DNA of 64,000 nucleotides, taken from the NCBI GenBank assembly GCA_038881595.1, contig JAVZPM010000001.1, positions 64,001 through 128,000 of the forward strand. Reading direction: 5' to 3'. Positions within the stretch are counted from its first letter, which is position 1, and each line of letters opens with the position of its first letter. The notes under the pieces were generated by a model that made no database searches, had not been told where the DNA came from, and saw only the letters and a list, made by a program, of their open reading frames with translations. Origin of the DNA: Candidatus Micrarchaeia archaeon. Its GTDB lineage: Archaea; Micrarchaeota; Micrarchaeia; CABMEP01. This document shows, piece after piece, positions 9,492 to 18,966 of this stretch. The position numbers and the translations under genes were made by a program.

Positions 9492-10706
9492 ATGCTTATA
9501 ACAACTTATGAAGCAATAGCAAGGTTAATCATTGCAGCTGCAATCGGAACTCTAATTGGATTAGAAAGAAAGAGGACGACAAAAAACCATATAGACATAA
9601 AGACGTTTTCTTTCTCAGCTATCTTTGGCTGTATAAGTGCAATGTCCATCCTCTTTGAAATTCCATTCTCTGAGTTCTTTCCATTGCTTGGATTTATAAT
9701 GGTGCTTGCACTTACATATGATTTACTAAAAAATGCAGAAAATAAAAACAGCTCAGATAAAATCAGTTCTTACCTGATGCCAATTCTTTTCCTTTCTGGA
9801 CTAATGGTTGGAAGTGGACTTGTATGGGAAGCCACTGCATCTGCATTTTTAATTGTCGGAACTCTTGCTATTGGAAAAAAATTAGAAAAAACAGTTGAGC
9901 TTTTAAGTGATGAAGAGATAAGTGAATTAATCCAGATAGGGATAATACTATTCATCCTATTTCCAATATTGCCACCAAAACCAATTGAGATTTATGGAAT
10001 AAGCTTAGATTTATTTCTAGTTTTTGCATTTCTTCTGATTGTAACGCTATTGAATTTCTTTGCATTCTTAGCTTACAGGATTTTTAGAAGAGAAAATGTA
10101 AGTGTAACTGGTTTCATCGGAGGAATAATAAACTCAACATATTCAATATATCAATTAAATAAAACAAAGCAGGGAATAAGTAGCGAAGGTGTGATATCTG
10201 CTATGCTTGGAAGCATACTTAGAAATAGTCTGCTTGTAGTAATAGTGATGAATGAAATGATTAATAAGGTTCTTCCCTTGTTTGCTCTTATAGCAGGTAT
10301 GTTTATTTTGCTTGTTTTAAAGGAAAGAACAACCAAAAAGAAGAAATATACTATTGAAAAACCAATAACTGTAATAAACAGTGCATATGCAACTCTTTTC
10401 TTAATAGCTTCATTGATTTTATTTCAATTAAGTGCAAAGAATTTTCCTCAATTCCTACCAATCGTTTCATTCATTGCTTCAACCATAAGCAGTGGATATA
10501 CTATGCTTTCTTTGGGAAGTGTGTATACTACCATAACTCAAAAAGAGCTCCTTCTCTCAATAGCAACTGCAATAATTGGAAGCTTTGCGACATCTACAAT
10601 AACTGCGTTCTTACTGAATAGAGAGGTAGGTAAAAAAACTCTTAAATATTCATTACTTGCAACTTTTTTACTTTTAGCATACTTAATTATAGCAAATGCT
10701 TTATAA
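9492..10706 (+). CDS. MgtC/SapB-like (DUF4010-type) polytopic membrane protein
   Basis: IGTLIGLER...IKTF N-terminus, LFPILP, GFIGGIINST, ~11 TM segments. Confidence 0.75.
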   Translation: MLITTYEAIARLIIAAAIGTLIGLERKRTTKNHIDIKTFSFSAIFGCISAMSILFEIPFSEFFPLLGFIMVLALTYDLLKNAENKNSSDKISSYLMPILFLSGLMVGSGLVWEATASAFLIVGTLAIGKKLEKTVELLSDEEISELIQIGIILFILFPILPPKPIEIYGISLDLFLVFAFLLIVTLLNFFAFLAYRIFRRENVSVTGFIGGIINSTYSIYQLNKTKQGISSEGVISAMLGSILRNSLLVVIVMNEMINKVLPLFALIAGMFILLVLKERTTKKKKYTIEKPITVINSAYATLFLIASLILFQLSAKNFPQFLPIVSFIASTISSGYTMLSLGSVYTTITQKELLLSIATAIIGSFATSTITAFLLNREVGKKTLKYSLLATFLLLAYLIIANAL

Positions 10707-10717
10707 AAAGGTAGGAA

Positions 10718-11491
10718 TTAGAGAAGTGGCTTTTGGATTGCTGTAGAAATTGGTCTTTTGATATCTTCTAATGGAAGCTTTTCCTGGACTATACTCTCTT
10801 CCCTCTTTCTTTTTTCTATTATCCTCTTCAGAAGATTGTTTGCCTTTCTTGTGACATTTCTAACATAGTTCTCATTCTTAAGGAAATCAGTATTTGCATC
10901 TATCCATATTGTAGGTATTTTTTCTGAAAGAGTACGAAATTCCTGCCTATATTCATTTATTAATCTTCCCCAATAGTCATAATCTAATGCTTCTCCTGTC
11001 TTTCTCTTTTTTAGCCTTTCATTTAAGCAAGTATCTACGTTTATATCTAAAAATATTATTCCATCTGGTTCTTTAATTCCATATATTTTCATTATAGAAT
11101 CTCTGTGCCTACAATACTCATTAAATGCTTCTTTACTCAATTTTCCCATTTCATAAAGATTCCTAGCAAATAAAAGATCGCCATAAATTGACCTGTCTTC
11201 AAGAGCGATACCTGGATATGATTTAATATTCATATTTGTTACAAATCTTGCATTAAGATAAAACATTTGAGAAGCATAAGCAAAAGATTCTTTCATCCCA
11301 CTCTCATAGAAATCCTTCAAGAAAGGATTCTGATCTGCTCTTTCCCTAAAAAATTTAACTTCTGGCACTCCCTCTGGGAATTCGATTCCTCTTGTAAATG
11401 AGAATACAAGTGGTGGCTTTTCTAAAAGAGATCCTAAGTCTGTTTTTCCACTTCCAGATATTCCTTCTATAGCGATATGAATAAATGCCAT
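10718..11491 (-). CDS. Deoxynucleoside kinase (dCK/dAK-like)
   Basis: IAIEGISGSGKT P-loop, NPFLKDFY, SQMFYLNAR, EDRSIYGD, PDGIIFLD; probable start MAFI at 11491. Confidence 0.88.
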   Translation of the reverse strand: MAFIHIAIEGISGSGKTDLGSLLEKPPLVFSFTRGIEFPEGVPEVKFFRERADQNPFLKDFYESGMKESFAYASQMFYLNARFVTNMNIKSYPGIALEDRSIYGDLLFARNLYEMGKLSKEAFNEYCRHRDSIMKIYGIKEPDGIIFLDINVDTCLNERLKKRKTGEALDYDYWGRLINEYRQEFRTLSEKIPTIWIDANTDFLKNENYVRNVTRKANNLLKRIIEKRKREESIVQEKLPLEDIKRPISTAIQKPLL

Positions 11492-11577
11492 AAAAACCAA
11501 ATAGATAAATTTACAAAAAAAATATAAATCATTTGAAGCCATTCTGCTATTAATTTATTAATATTCTTTAATTTTAT

Positions 11578-12324
11578 TTATTGATCTTTATTTCTTATTT
11601 TCCATCCTTGCATTTGCAATGACTTAATTATTCGTTCTTCTATCTGAAGATGAAACCTCTTCAAATCCTCATCACTCATATCGTTATTTGCATCTATTCT
11701 TAACAATCTATGCCCGTACATTGGAACCATATCAGGTAGAATTTCATCAATCAATCTTTGATAAAGATAATATAGATTATTTAAATAAGTGATATCGATC
11801 CCTCTCTCCGATTTCCTTCCTCTTTCTTTTATTCTCTTTAATGCAACTTCAGGTTTAACATCTAGATACACAAAAACATTTACAGGTGGAATTTTATTTT
11901 TTAGATATTGATATGTAGCAGAATAACTTTGGTAGAATGATTTTGCAATCTTACTGTTTGGATCACCAAATATACCTGATTTATAATCGTTCTCAAAAAA
12001 AACAAACCTATTTTCTTCTGGAATTCTTTCGACAAGAACGATTCCGTTTTCCTTTGATGCCTGAAGCATTTGATCTACTCTTGCGCTTAGCATTGCTATC
12101 TCTGCAGCGAAACATGTATATTTATCATTTCTTTTGAGTGCGGGATAAAAAACAGAAGCAGCAATGTTCTTCACTTGTTTTGATTCTTCATATACTTTCA
12201 ATTCACCAGGGGTTACTAGCATCGATGGAAGTTGAGAGCTGAATCTCCTTTTTTTCATTGACTTAATGAATTCAGACTTTCCTATTCCAATTCCTCCCAT
12301 TACACCTATTATTACTTCCGCCAT
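11578..12324 (-). CDS. Deoxynucleoside kinase family protein (dGK-like)
   Basis: GGIGIGKS, LVERIPEEN, VYLDVKPEVALKRIKERGRKSE lid, YLNNLY. Confidence 0.85.
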   Translation of the reverse strand: MAEVIIGVMGGIGIGKSEFIKSMKKRRFSSQLPSMLVTPGELKVYEESKQVKNIAASVFYPALKRNDKYTCFAAEIAMLSARVDQMLQASKENGIVLVERIPEENRFVFFENDYKSGIFGDPNSKIAKSFYQSYSATYQYLKNKIPPVNVFVYLDVKPEVALKRIKERGRKSERGIDITYLNNLYYLYQRLIDEILPDMVPMYGHRLLRIDANNDMSDEDLKRFHLQIEERIIKSLQMQGWKIRNKDQ

Positions 12325-12348
12325 TCCAACACGCTCCTATATTTAAAA

Positions 12349-13104
12349 TTATTTTTGTCTATATATGGATTTTGAATTGCTATAAAAACCTCTTTTCATC
12401 AGAAGTCTATGCGCTCTCTCTTCTATATAATTATGAAAACGAATTAAATCTTTGGGACTAAAATCTCTATCTGCGTCAATTATTAAGATAACATCCCTAT
12501 AATTTGGAATCTCTTTCGGAATCTCTTCATTTATCATATTCTCATAGTAGGTATGTAACTGCCTTATGTAATCTAATGTAAGTCCTGATTCACTTGGTAG
12601 GCCTCCTGTTCCTCTTCTTATCTCATCCATTCTTCTCTTATATGCAGTCTCAGGTCTAGTGTAGAGGTAAATCAGTAAATCAGGAGGAGATACTGATCTC
12701 ATGCTATATTCATATTCCCTTTTATATATCTCATAATGTTCCTTTAACAGAAGGCCTGATTGATTAAGGTTTGCTACGAATACGTATCTATCTTCGTAAG
12801 GACATCTCTCATTGAAAACTATTCCTCCTTGCCTCATGTTTGCCTGCATCTGCCTTATCCTTGCCTTTAATATGTCTAATTCTGCAACAAACAGCATATC
12901 CTTATTCTTTTCTCTCAATGCTGGATAGAACTTCTTATCCACAATCTCTAAAACTTCTGGAGACTCTTTCTCCACCTTTATCTCTCCAGGCATGCTTAAA
13001 AGAGGGAGAAGTCTAAAGCCTGTTTTCTTCTCTTCAAGTGTCTTTAAAAAAGTAGATTTCCCTGAACCTATATTTCCAACAACAATAACAGTTATCTCTG
13101 CCAT
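12349..13104 (-). CDS. Deoxynucleoside kinase family protein
   Basis: VGNIGSGKST, ERCPYED, PPDLLIYL, YIRQLHTYY. Confidence 0.85.
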   Translation of the reverse strand: MAEITVIVVGNIGSGKSTFLKTLEEKKTGFRLLPLLSMPGEIKVEKESPEVLEIVDKKFYPALREKNKDMLFVAELDILKARIRQMQANMRQGGIVFNERCPYEDRYVFVANLNQSGLLLKEHYEIYKREYEYSMRSVSPPDLLIYLYTRPETAYKRRMDEIRRGTGGLPSESGLTLDYIRQLHTYYENMINEEIPKEIPNYRDVILIIDADRDFSPKDLIRFHNYIEERAHRLLMKRGFYSNSKSIYRQK

Positions 13105-13191
13105 AATATCACTAATAAGCTAATATCAAATAGCAAATAATGATGATATAAAATTAAGCAAAAATAGTATTTATACTTTATCATTCAATGT

Positions 13192-14113
13192 CTATTTAAT
13201 AAAAGAATTTATGGCTTCTGCTATTTTGTCATCTGTAAGTAAGACATAATTTTCCAAATTTTTTGCGGCAGGAATTGGAAACTCTTTCGCATGTAGTATT
13301 TTTACCTTTGCATTTGAGTTTTCATTTACTATAGATGCAACTTTAGATGCAACAAATCCAATACCATCTTCTATTATAAGAATTTTTTTTTGTTTTTTTA
13401 CTAATTGCAATTATAGATTCTTTATCTAAAGGATTTAAAGATCTTAAGTCGAGCAATTCTACATCCATATCTTTAATTATTCTCTCAACAATTGGAACTA
13501 TTCTTCCATATGTAATAATTCCTAGCTTTTTACCTTTCTGCCTTATCTTAGCCTTTCCGAATGGTACTAATTCTGATGTAATCTCTCCTTCCATATTATG
13601 TAAAAGTTTATGTTCAATAAATAAAGTAGGATCATTCTGATTTAGTGCATATTTCATAAGCCCTGCTGCATCATCTGGATTTGAAGGATATACAACATTA
13701 AGTCCTGGACACATAAAAATATGTTCTAAATTCTGCGAATGAGTTGCACCATATCCTCTATGAGAAGATAGAACTCCTCTTATAATTAAAGGAACATTAA
13801 AATCTCCATTAGAAAGAGCTTTTATTTTCGCAGCGTGGTTAATTATGGGATCAGCTGCACAAAGTAGAAAATCAAAGAAAGTAAATTCTATTATTGGTCT
13901 CATTCCATTCATCGCTGCCCCGATTCCTATACCAACAGTTGCTGCTTCTGAAATGGGTGTGTTTATTATTCTATCTTTAAATCTTTTATCTAGCCCTTTA
14001 AATAACCCAGAGGAACCTCCCCACTCTCTAACATCTTGTCCCATTACAATTATTTTATCATTATTTTCCATTTCATTTATTATTACATTTCTAATTGCAT
14101 CAATATATCTCAT
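13192..14113 (-). pseudogene. 2-oxoacid/acetoin dehydrogenase E1 beta subunit, frameshifted at an A9 run (13383-13391)
   Basis: MGQDV, NTPISE, GMRPIIE, GATHSQ, LFIEHK, LDLRSLNPLD; the C-terminus KKILIIED... continues in another frame; removing one A restores SKKTKKILIIEDG. Confidence 0.8.
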
Positions 14114-15045
14114 CTAAAAACCTCTGTTTCATTAAATTCCGTATCTCTAGCATTTTTAGCTTCAATTAGATCTTTTTCAAGCTGCTCCTTTATTTCTTTC
14201 TTTAAATCTTCAATTTTTTCTTTTGTTATTAATTTTTTCTTAAGAAGATATCTCTCATATTTGATTATTGGATCATGCAGTTTTGCTTTTCTTATATATT
14301 CTTTTGTGAAATATGATTTATCGACATCATTTATTGAATGACCACATTGTCTATATGTCAAAAATTCTATAAATACAGGTTTTCCTTTTCTAACTTTATC
14401 TATTGCTATCTTGCTACTTTTCATTACTATATTTATATCTGTTCCATCTACTCTAAAAGATTCTATACCATATGCTTGTTTTACCTTCTTTGCAAGATCT
14501 ATTACAGCAGAATGTTCTTTTATAGATGTAGATTGAGCCCAATAGTTGTTTTCACAAACAAAAAGTATGGGTAAATCCCAAAGAGATGCCATATTAAGGG
14601 TTTCATGAAATATTCCTTGTGTTGTAGCACCATCTCCAAGAAATGTAACAACAATAGAATTAGTCTTTTGCATCTTTAAACCTAATGCTATACCACTAGA
14701 AATGGCTACATTAGCGCTTACTATTCCATTAGCTCCCCAAAAACCGTCTTTCTTTGATGAAAGATGCATTGCTCCAGCATATCCTTTATTATATCCTATT
14801 GTTTTTCCAAGTAGTTCAGCAAAAATTTTTTTTGGTTCTAAACCACAACTAAGTGCAATATGATATACTCTATGTCCACAAGTAACTATATCTCCTTTCA
14901 TTAAATTTGAACAAACTCCTAGCGGAATAGCTTCCTGACCTGTGCTGAAATGATCTGTTCCTTTAACTATTCCATCTTTATGCAATTCCGCCACTTTTTC
15001 TTCAAAGTATCTGATAATGTAAAATTTTTTAAGAATTTTATCCAT
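14110..15045 (-). CDS. TPP-dependent dehydrogenase E1 alpha subunit (PdhA/AcoA-like)
   Basis: IRYFEE, HFSTGQEA, GANGIVS, GDGA..QG...ENN TPP motif, YRQCGHS; ATGA overlap with E1 beta. Confidence 0.9.
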   Translation of the reverse strand: MDKILKKFYIIRYFEEKVAELHKDGIVKGTDHFSTGQEAIPLGVCSNLMKGDIVTCGHRVYHIALSCGLEPKKIFAELLGKTIGYNKGYAGAMHLSSKKDGFWGANGIVSANVAISSGIALGLKMQKTNSIVVTFLGDGATTQGIFHETLNMASLWDLPILFVCENNYWAQSTSIKEHSAVIDLAKKVKQAYGIESFRVDGTDINIVMKSSKIAIDKVRKGKPVFIEFLTYRQCGHSINDVDKSYFTKEYIRKAKLHDPIIKYERYLLKKKLITKEKIEDLKKEIKEQLEKDLIEAKNARDTEFNETEVFR

Positions 15046-15679
15046 ATTTTTCTCTCCAATATTTTAATATTGTATATCTATCAATCATTGGTAATTTTTT
15101 TAAGTCAGAAAATTTATTTAGGTCTTTCTTAGTAATCATTTTTCCATTTTTTGGATTTCTAAGAGAGCACATTACTATTGCTATTTCATAAGGTTTAAGA
15201 CCGCTTAATCTAGCAAGTGCTACGTTTAATTCTGTATGGCCCTGTCTTGAATTTAAAAGATCCTTTGCAGCAATAAAAAATTTAAGATGTCCTGGAATAT
15301 AAATATTTTTGATAAATTTTTCATATTTTTTACTCTTAGCAGCAGTAGCTAACTCTTTGATTAATAATAATTTATCTCTATCTGATGAACCTGTTTTAGC
15401 TTTAATATGATCAATAAGTAAAGACAAACTACTTTTCTTTATCTTTGGAATTTTCTTTTTACGAGAGATAATTAATTGATGTAAAAATGGAATTTTTATT
15501 TTTGAGGCAAGTTCATAGGATATAGCTACTCCGACATCTCCAGAGGCATATTTCTTCATAAGACGCATCTTATTCATATTCATTTTACTTGCTAGAATCA
15601 TCATAGAAAATTCATCTTCTTCATGCTCATATACAAGAATAGGTCTGCCTCTCTTTATCTCATTAAAAATCAATTCCAA
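15038..15679 (-). CDS. Divergent archaeal-type 3,4-dihydroxy-2-butanone-4-phosphate synthase-like protein
   Basis: GRPILVYE, KTGSSDRD, PGHL, RQGHTE; acidic loop shortened and the usual CE motif reads CS. Confidence 0.75.
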   Translation of the reverse strand: MELIFNEIKRGRPILVYEHEEDEFSMMILASKMNMNKMRLMKKYASGDVGVAISYELASKIKIPFLHQLIISRKKKIPKIKKSSLSLLIDHIKAKTGSSDRDKLLLIKELATAAKSKKYEKFIKNIYIPGHLKFFIAAKDLLNSRQGHTELNVALARLSGLKPYEIAIVMCSLRNPKNGKMITKKDLNKFSDLKKLPMIDRYTILKYWREKYG

Positions 15680-15846
15680 GTTTATCCCCTAATTTAAATT
15701 TAATAATGTGATATAATATTTTAAAGCATTACTAAATGCAGATGTATGAATTCATTTACTTATTCTAAAATCAAAAAAATAACAAAAATTGCAGTGAAAA
15801 TCAGATAGATTAAAATATGTTTGTAAAAAATAATGAATGAATAGTT

Positions 15847-17229
15847 ATGAAGAAAGTAATAGTTGTTGGTGCTGGTCCAGCTGGTATGTTTGCTTCGTAT
15901 CTTCTTGGGAATGCAGGTTTAGATGTAACTCTCATTGAGATGGGGGAGGACATAAAAGAAAGATCCGAAAAGATCAAGGATGGAGGATCTACTGCAGCAC
16001 CACATTATATTCAAGGAATGGGTGGAAGCGGAACATTTTCTGATGGAAAAATAAACCTAGACCCTGAGATAGGAGGAAACATGCTTGAATTCACAAGCAG
16101 AAGTGATGCTGAAAAATTGATTGCTTATGTAGATAATGTTTTGGTTAAAAATGGAGTGGAAACAAAGGCAGAAATAAACCATAAAGCAGAAGAATTAAGA
16201 ATAAAAGCAATGCAGGCAGGCATAAAATACATCCCTATAAAACAGAAGCATGTTGGCTCAGATCATCTTCCATCTGTTGTCCAAAATATAAAGAGAGAAA
16301 TGGAAAAGAACGGAGTGGAAATAAAAATAAAAACAAAGGCAAAAGACCTGATAATAGAAGATAATAAAATAAAAGGATTGATAGTTGAAAACAGTAAAGA
16401 ACATGAGATTAATGCTGATTATGTAATACTTGCACCTGGAAGAGCTGGATCAAGATGGCTTCTCGATTTAGCAAATAAGTACAGAATAAAATATGAATAT
16501 GGTCCTTTAGATATTGGGGTAAGAGTTGAGGTAAATAATGAAGTTATGGAGGAAGTTACTTCCATAAATTGGGATCCTAAGTTTCATATAACCACTAAAA
16601 AATATGATGATTTTGTGAGAACTTTTTGCACCAATCCTAAAGGCTTTGTTATAACTGAAAACTATGGCGATTTCGTATCTGTTAATGGCCACAGCATGAA
16701 GGATAAAAAATCAAACAATACTAATTTTGCATTCCTAGTCAGAGTGAAATTAACAGAACCGGTTGAAAACACAACACTATATGGGGAGAGCATTGCAAGA
16801 CTTGCAACTACAATCGGTGGTGGAAAACCAATACTTCAAAGACTTGGTGATCTTAAGAAAGGAAGAAGGAGCACCTGGGATAGAATTGAAAAGAGTTATG
16901 TTGAGCCTACAAACAAAGAGGTAACTCCAGGGGATATAAGCATGGCAATGCCTGAAAGAATTGTGAATGACATAGTTGAGGGATTAGATATGCTGTCTGG
17001 AGTTATACCTGGAGTAAATCAAGAACATACATTATTGTATGCGCCAGAGATTAAGTTCAAGTCTGTAAGATTAGAGATAAACAAAAATATGGAATGTAAA
17101 CAGATAAAAAATCTCTTTACTGTAGGAGATGGCGCTGGAGTAAGTGGAGGGATAGTAACAGCTGCTGTTACTGGATTGATTGCAGCAAGAGAAATAATTA
17201 GAAGAGAAAATCTAAAATGTGAAATCTGA
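15847..17229 (+). CDS. FAD-dependent oxidoreductase (uncharacterised FAD-dependent dehydrogenase family)
   Basis: VVGAGPAG, GGSGTFSDGK, DIGVRVE, VRTFCTNP, VNGHS, LYAPEIK, GDGAG. Confidence 0.88.
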   Translation: MKKVIVVGAGPAGMFASYLLGNAGLDVTLIEMGEDIKERSEKIKDGGSTAAPHYIQGMGGSGTFSDGKINLDPEIGGNMLEFTSRSDAEKLIAYVDNVLVKNGVETKAEINHKAEELRIKAMQAGIKYIPIKQKHVGSDHLPSVVQNIKREMEKNGVEIKIKTKAKDLIIEDNKIKGLIVENSKEHEINADYVILAPGRAGSRWLLDLANKYRIKYEYGPLDIGVRVEVNNEVMEEVTSINWDPKFHITTKKYDDFVRTFCTNPKGFVITENYGDFVSVNGHSMKDKKSNNTNFAFLVRVKLTEPVENTTLYGESIARLATTIGGGKPILQRLGDLKKGRRSTWDRIEKSYVEPTNKEVTPGDISMAMPERIVNDIVEGLDMLSGVIPGVNQEHTLLYAPEIKFKSVRLEINKNMECKQIKNLFTVGDGAGVSGGIVTAAVTGLIAAREIIRRENLKCEI

Positions 17230-17274
17230 TTAATATATTTGTTTAGGTCATTTTATTTAAAGAAAAAGTTAAAG

Positions 17275-17347
17275 TGGCCCCGCGGAGAATCGAACTCCGA
17301 ATCTCCACCGTGTCAGAGTGGCGTCTTAACCATTCGACTACAGGGCC
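17275..17347 (-). tRNA. trnV: tRNA-Val(GAC)
   Basis: GGCCCTG...CGGGGCC-A; anticodon arm CCACT-CT GAC AC-GGTGG; TTCGATT loop. Confidence 0.95.
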
Positions 17348-17455
17348 AAATAATGTAATATTATATGTCGAAAAGATATTTAATTTTAATGTAATCCTAG
17401 AATAAAAATATTTATGTGAACTTATTTTAGTTGTAAGATAAATACGATAATGCTT

Positions 17456-18853
17456 TTAGAATATATGCTCATCTGGTGCTTTAGAGACACCATAATCTGA
17501 TGCACTGGTTCTCCATACAGAACCATACTTCTTTTGCATCTGCTGTTCGATTGGCTTTGCTTTCTCTATTGCTAATGCAACATGCTTCTCTTCTATTAGT
17601 TCAGCTCCATCAATTACTGCAAAATCACCTGCAAGCTTGACTATGCCTGAGAGATCTCTTAATCTTAATGTCAATCCTTCCTTGTTGTCGTAAAGTTTTG
17701 CTTTTCTTCTTGCCTCGTTTATTATTGCTTCGATTGCTTTTGCATTTGCATGAGGAATCCTTCCATCTGCAATTATTTCTTGAGCTATGAACTGCATAAG
17801 TTTCTTTACATTTTTCTCATTGTCTTCCATTACCGTATTCATTAAAACCTCAAACCCATTTCCAAGAATTCTTGAACGCAATGGCGGAAGCAATGTGCCT
17901 ACATCAGCAAAATTGAGCGCACCAACAAGAATAAAATCACATGGAACATTGTCCACTCTGACAGATGCTCCAGAACTCGTTGGATTCCTACCTGTTATTG
18001 GAAACTTCTTTTCCTGCATTGCAGTAAGAAGGTGCCTCTGAAGAGGTCCTAGATTTGAAAGCTCATCTATGAAAAGAACGCCTTCATGAGCCTCATGCAC
18101 TGCTCCTGGAACCACTCTTTTGAATGGCTTTGTACCTATCTCACTATGTCCTCCATATGGATCATGTCTAACATCTCCAAGAAGCTCTGTTTCAGAAGCT
18201 CCTGTTGCCTGGACAAAAAGAGATCTTTCTAAAGGCACAATTACATTTCTTTGTATAGTGGCATGCTCTCTTGCTGCCAATGCCTCCTCATCATAAAGAT
18301 ATATATTTCCTTTTTTGTACTCATACATTACTTTTTGCTCTACTCCATTTATATATTCGGAAAAATAAACTTTATCTTCTCTAGAAGAACCACCGAAAAC
18401 GATATCATCAAAAGGAGAGGTATGAGTCTTATATTTATCTGCTCCACAGTTTGGACATGAGGATATCTCGGGTTTGCTTAAAAAACCACATCTTTTGCAT
18501 CTAAGACCTAGTCGTTCAGCAACTACAATTGGAACATCAACTGGCTTTACTATTTTTGGTTTTGGAATTTTCTTTTCATTCTCTATATCAAGTCTGGAAC
18601 GAACTTCTAGAATGGGTCTTTCTGGATGTTCTGGATTGTCAAGTACAGAAATTTCATAATTCGGCTTTGGAAGAAGGGATGCCATTGCCTGTGCAATCAT
18701 GCTTTTACCAGTACCTGGAGCTCCTACTAAAAGAATATGTCTTTTCTGAGATGCAGCAATCTTTACATATTTTATTGCTTCATCCTGACCTATAACCTTA
18801 TCTATTGGATTTGTAGGTACTTTTATTTCTCTGCTTGTTTCAGGATAATCCAA
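17456..18853 (-). CDS. LonB-like AAA+ ATPase without protease domain, with Zn-ribbon insert
   Basis: VIGQDEA, Walker A GAPGTGKS, LLGDVRHDP, GAVHEAHEGVLFIDE, LRSRI, LTLRLRDL; CKRC/CPNC insert; ends after the AAA lid; TTG start. Confidence 0.85.
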   Translation of the reverse strand: MDYPETSREIKVPTNPIDKVIGQDEAIKYVKIAASQKRHILLVGAPGTGKSMIAQAMASLLPKPNYEISVLDNPEHPERPILEVRSRLDIENEKKIPKPKIVKPVDVPIVVAERLGLRCKRCGFLSKPEISSCPNCGADKYKTHTSPFDDIVFGGSSREDKVYFSEYINGVEQKVMYEYKKGNIYLYDEEALAAREHATIQRNVIVPLERSLFVQATGASETELLGDVRHDPYGGHSEIGTKPFKRVVPGAVHEAHEGVLFIDELSNLGPLQRHLLTAMQEKKFPITGRNPTSSGASVRVDNVPCDFILVGALNFADVGTLLPPLRSRILGNGFEVLMNTVMEDNEKNVKKLMQFIAQEIIADGRIPHANAKAIEAIINEARRKAKLYDNKEGLTLRLRDLSGIVKLAGDFAVIDGAELIEEKHVALAIEKAKPIEQQMQKKYGSVWRTSASDYGVSKAPDEHIF

Positions 18854-18966
18854 TCTCCCACCATTTGAATTAAAATCAGTCTACTATAAATGAGATTAAC
18901 TTAACAATGTTTATATTTTAATAACAAGATTTAAATGTGTATCATTAAATCAGTGGTCTTTGTTAA

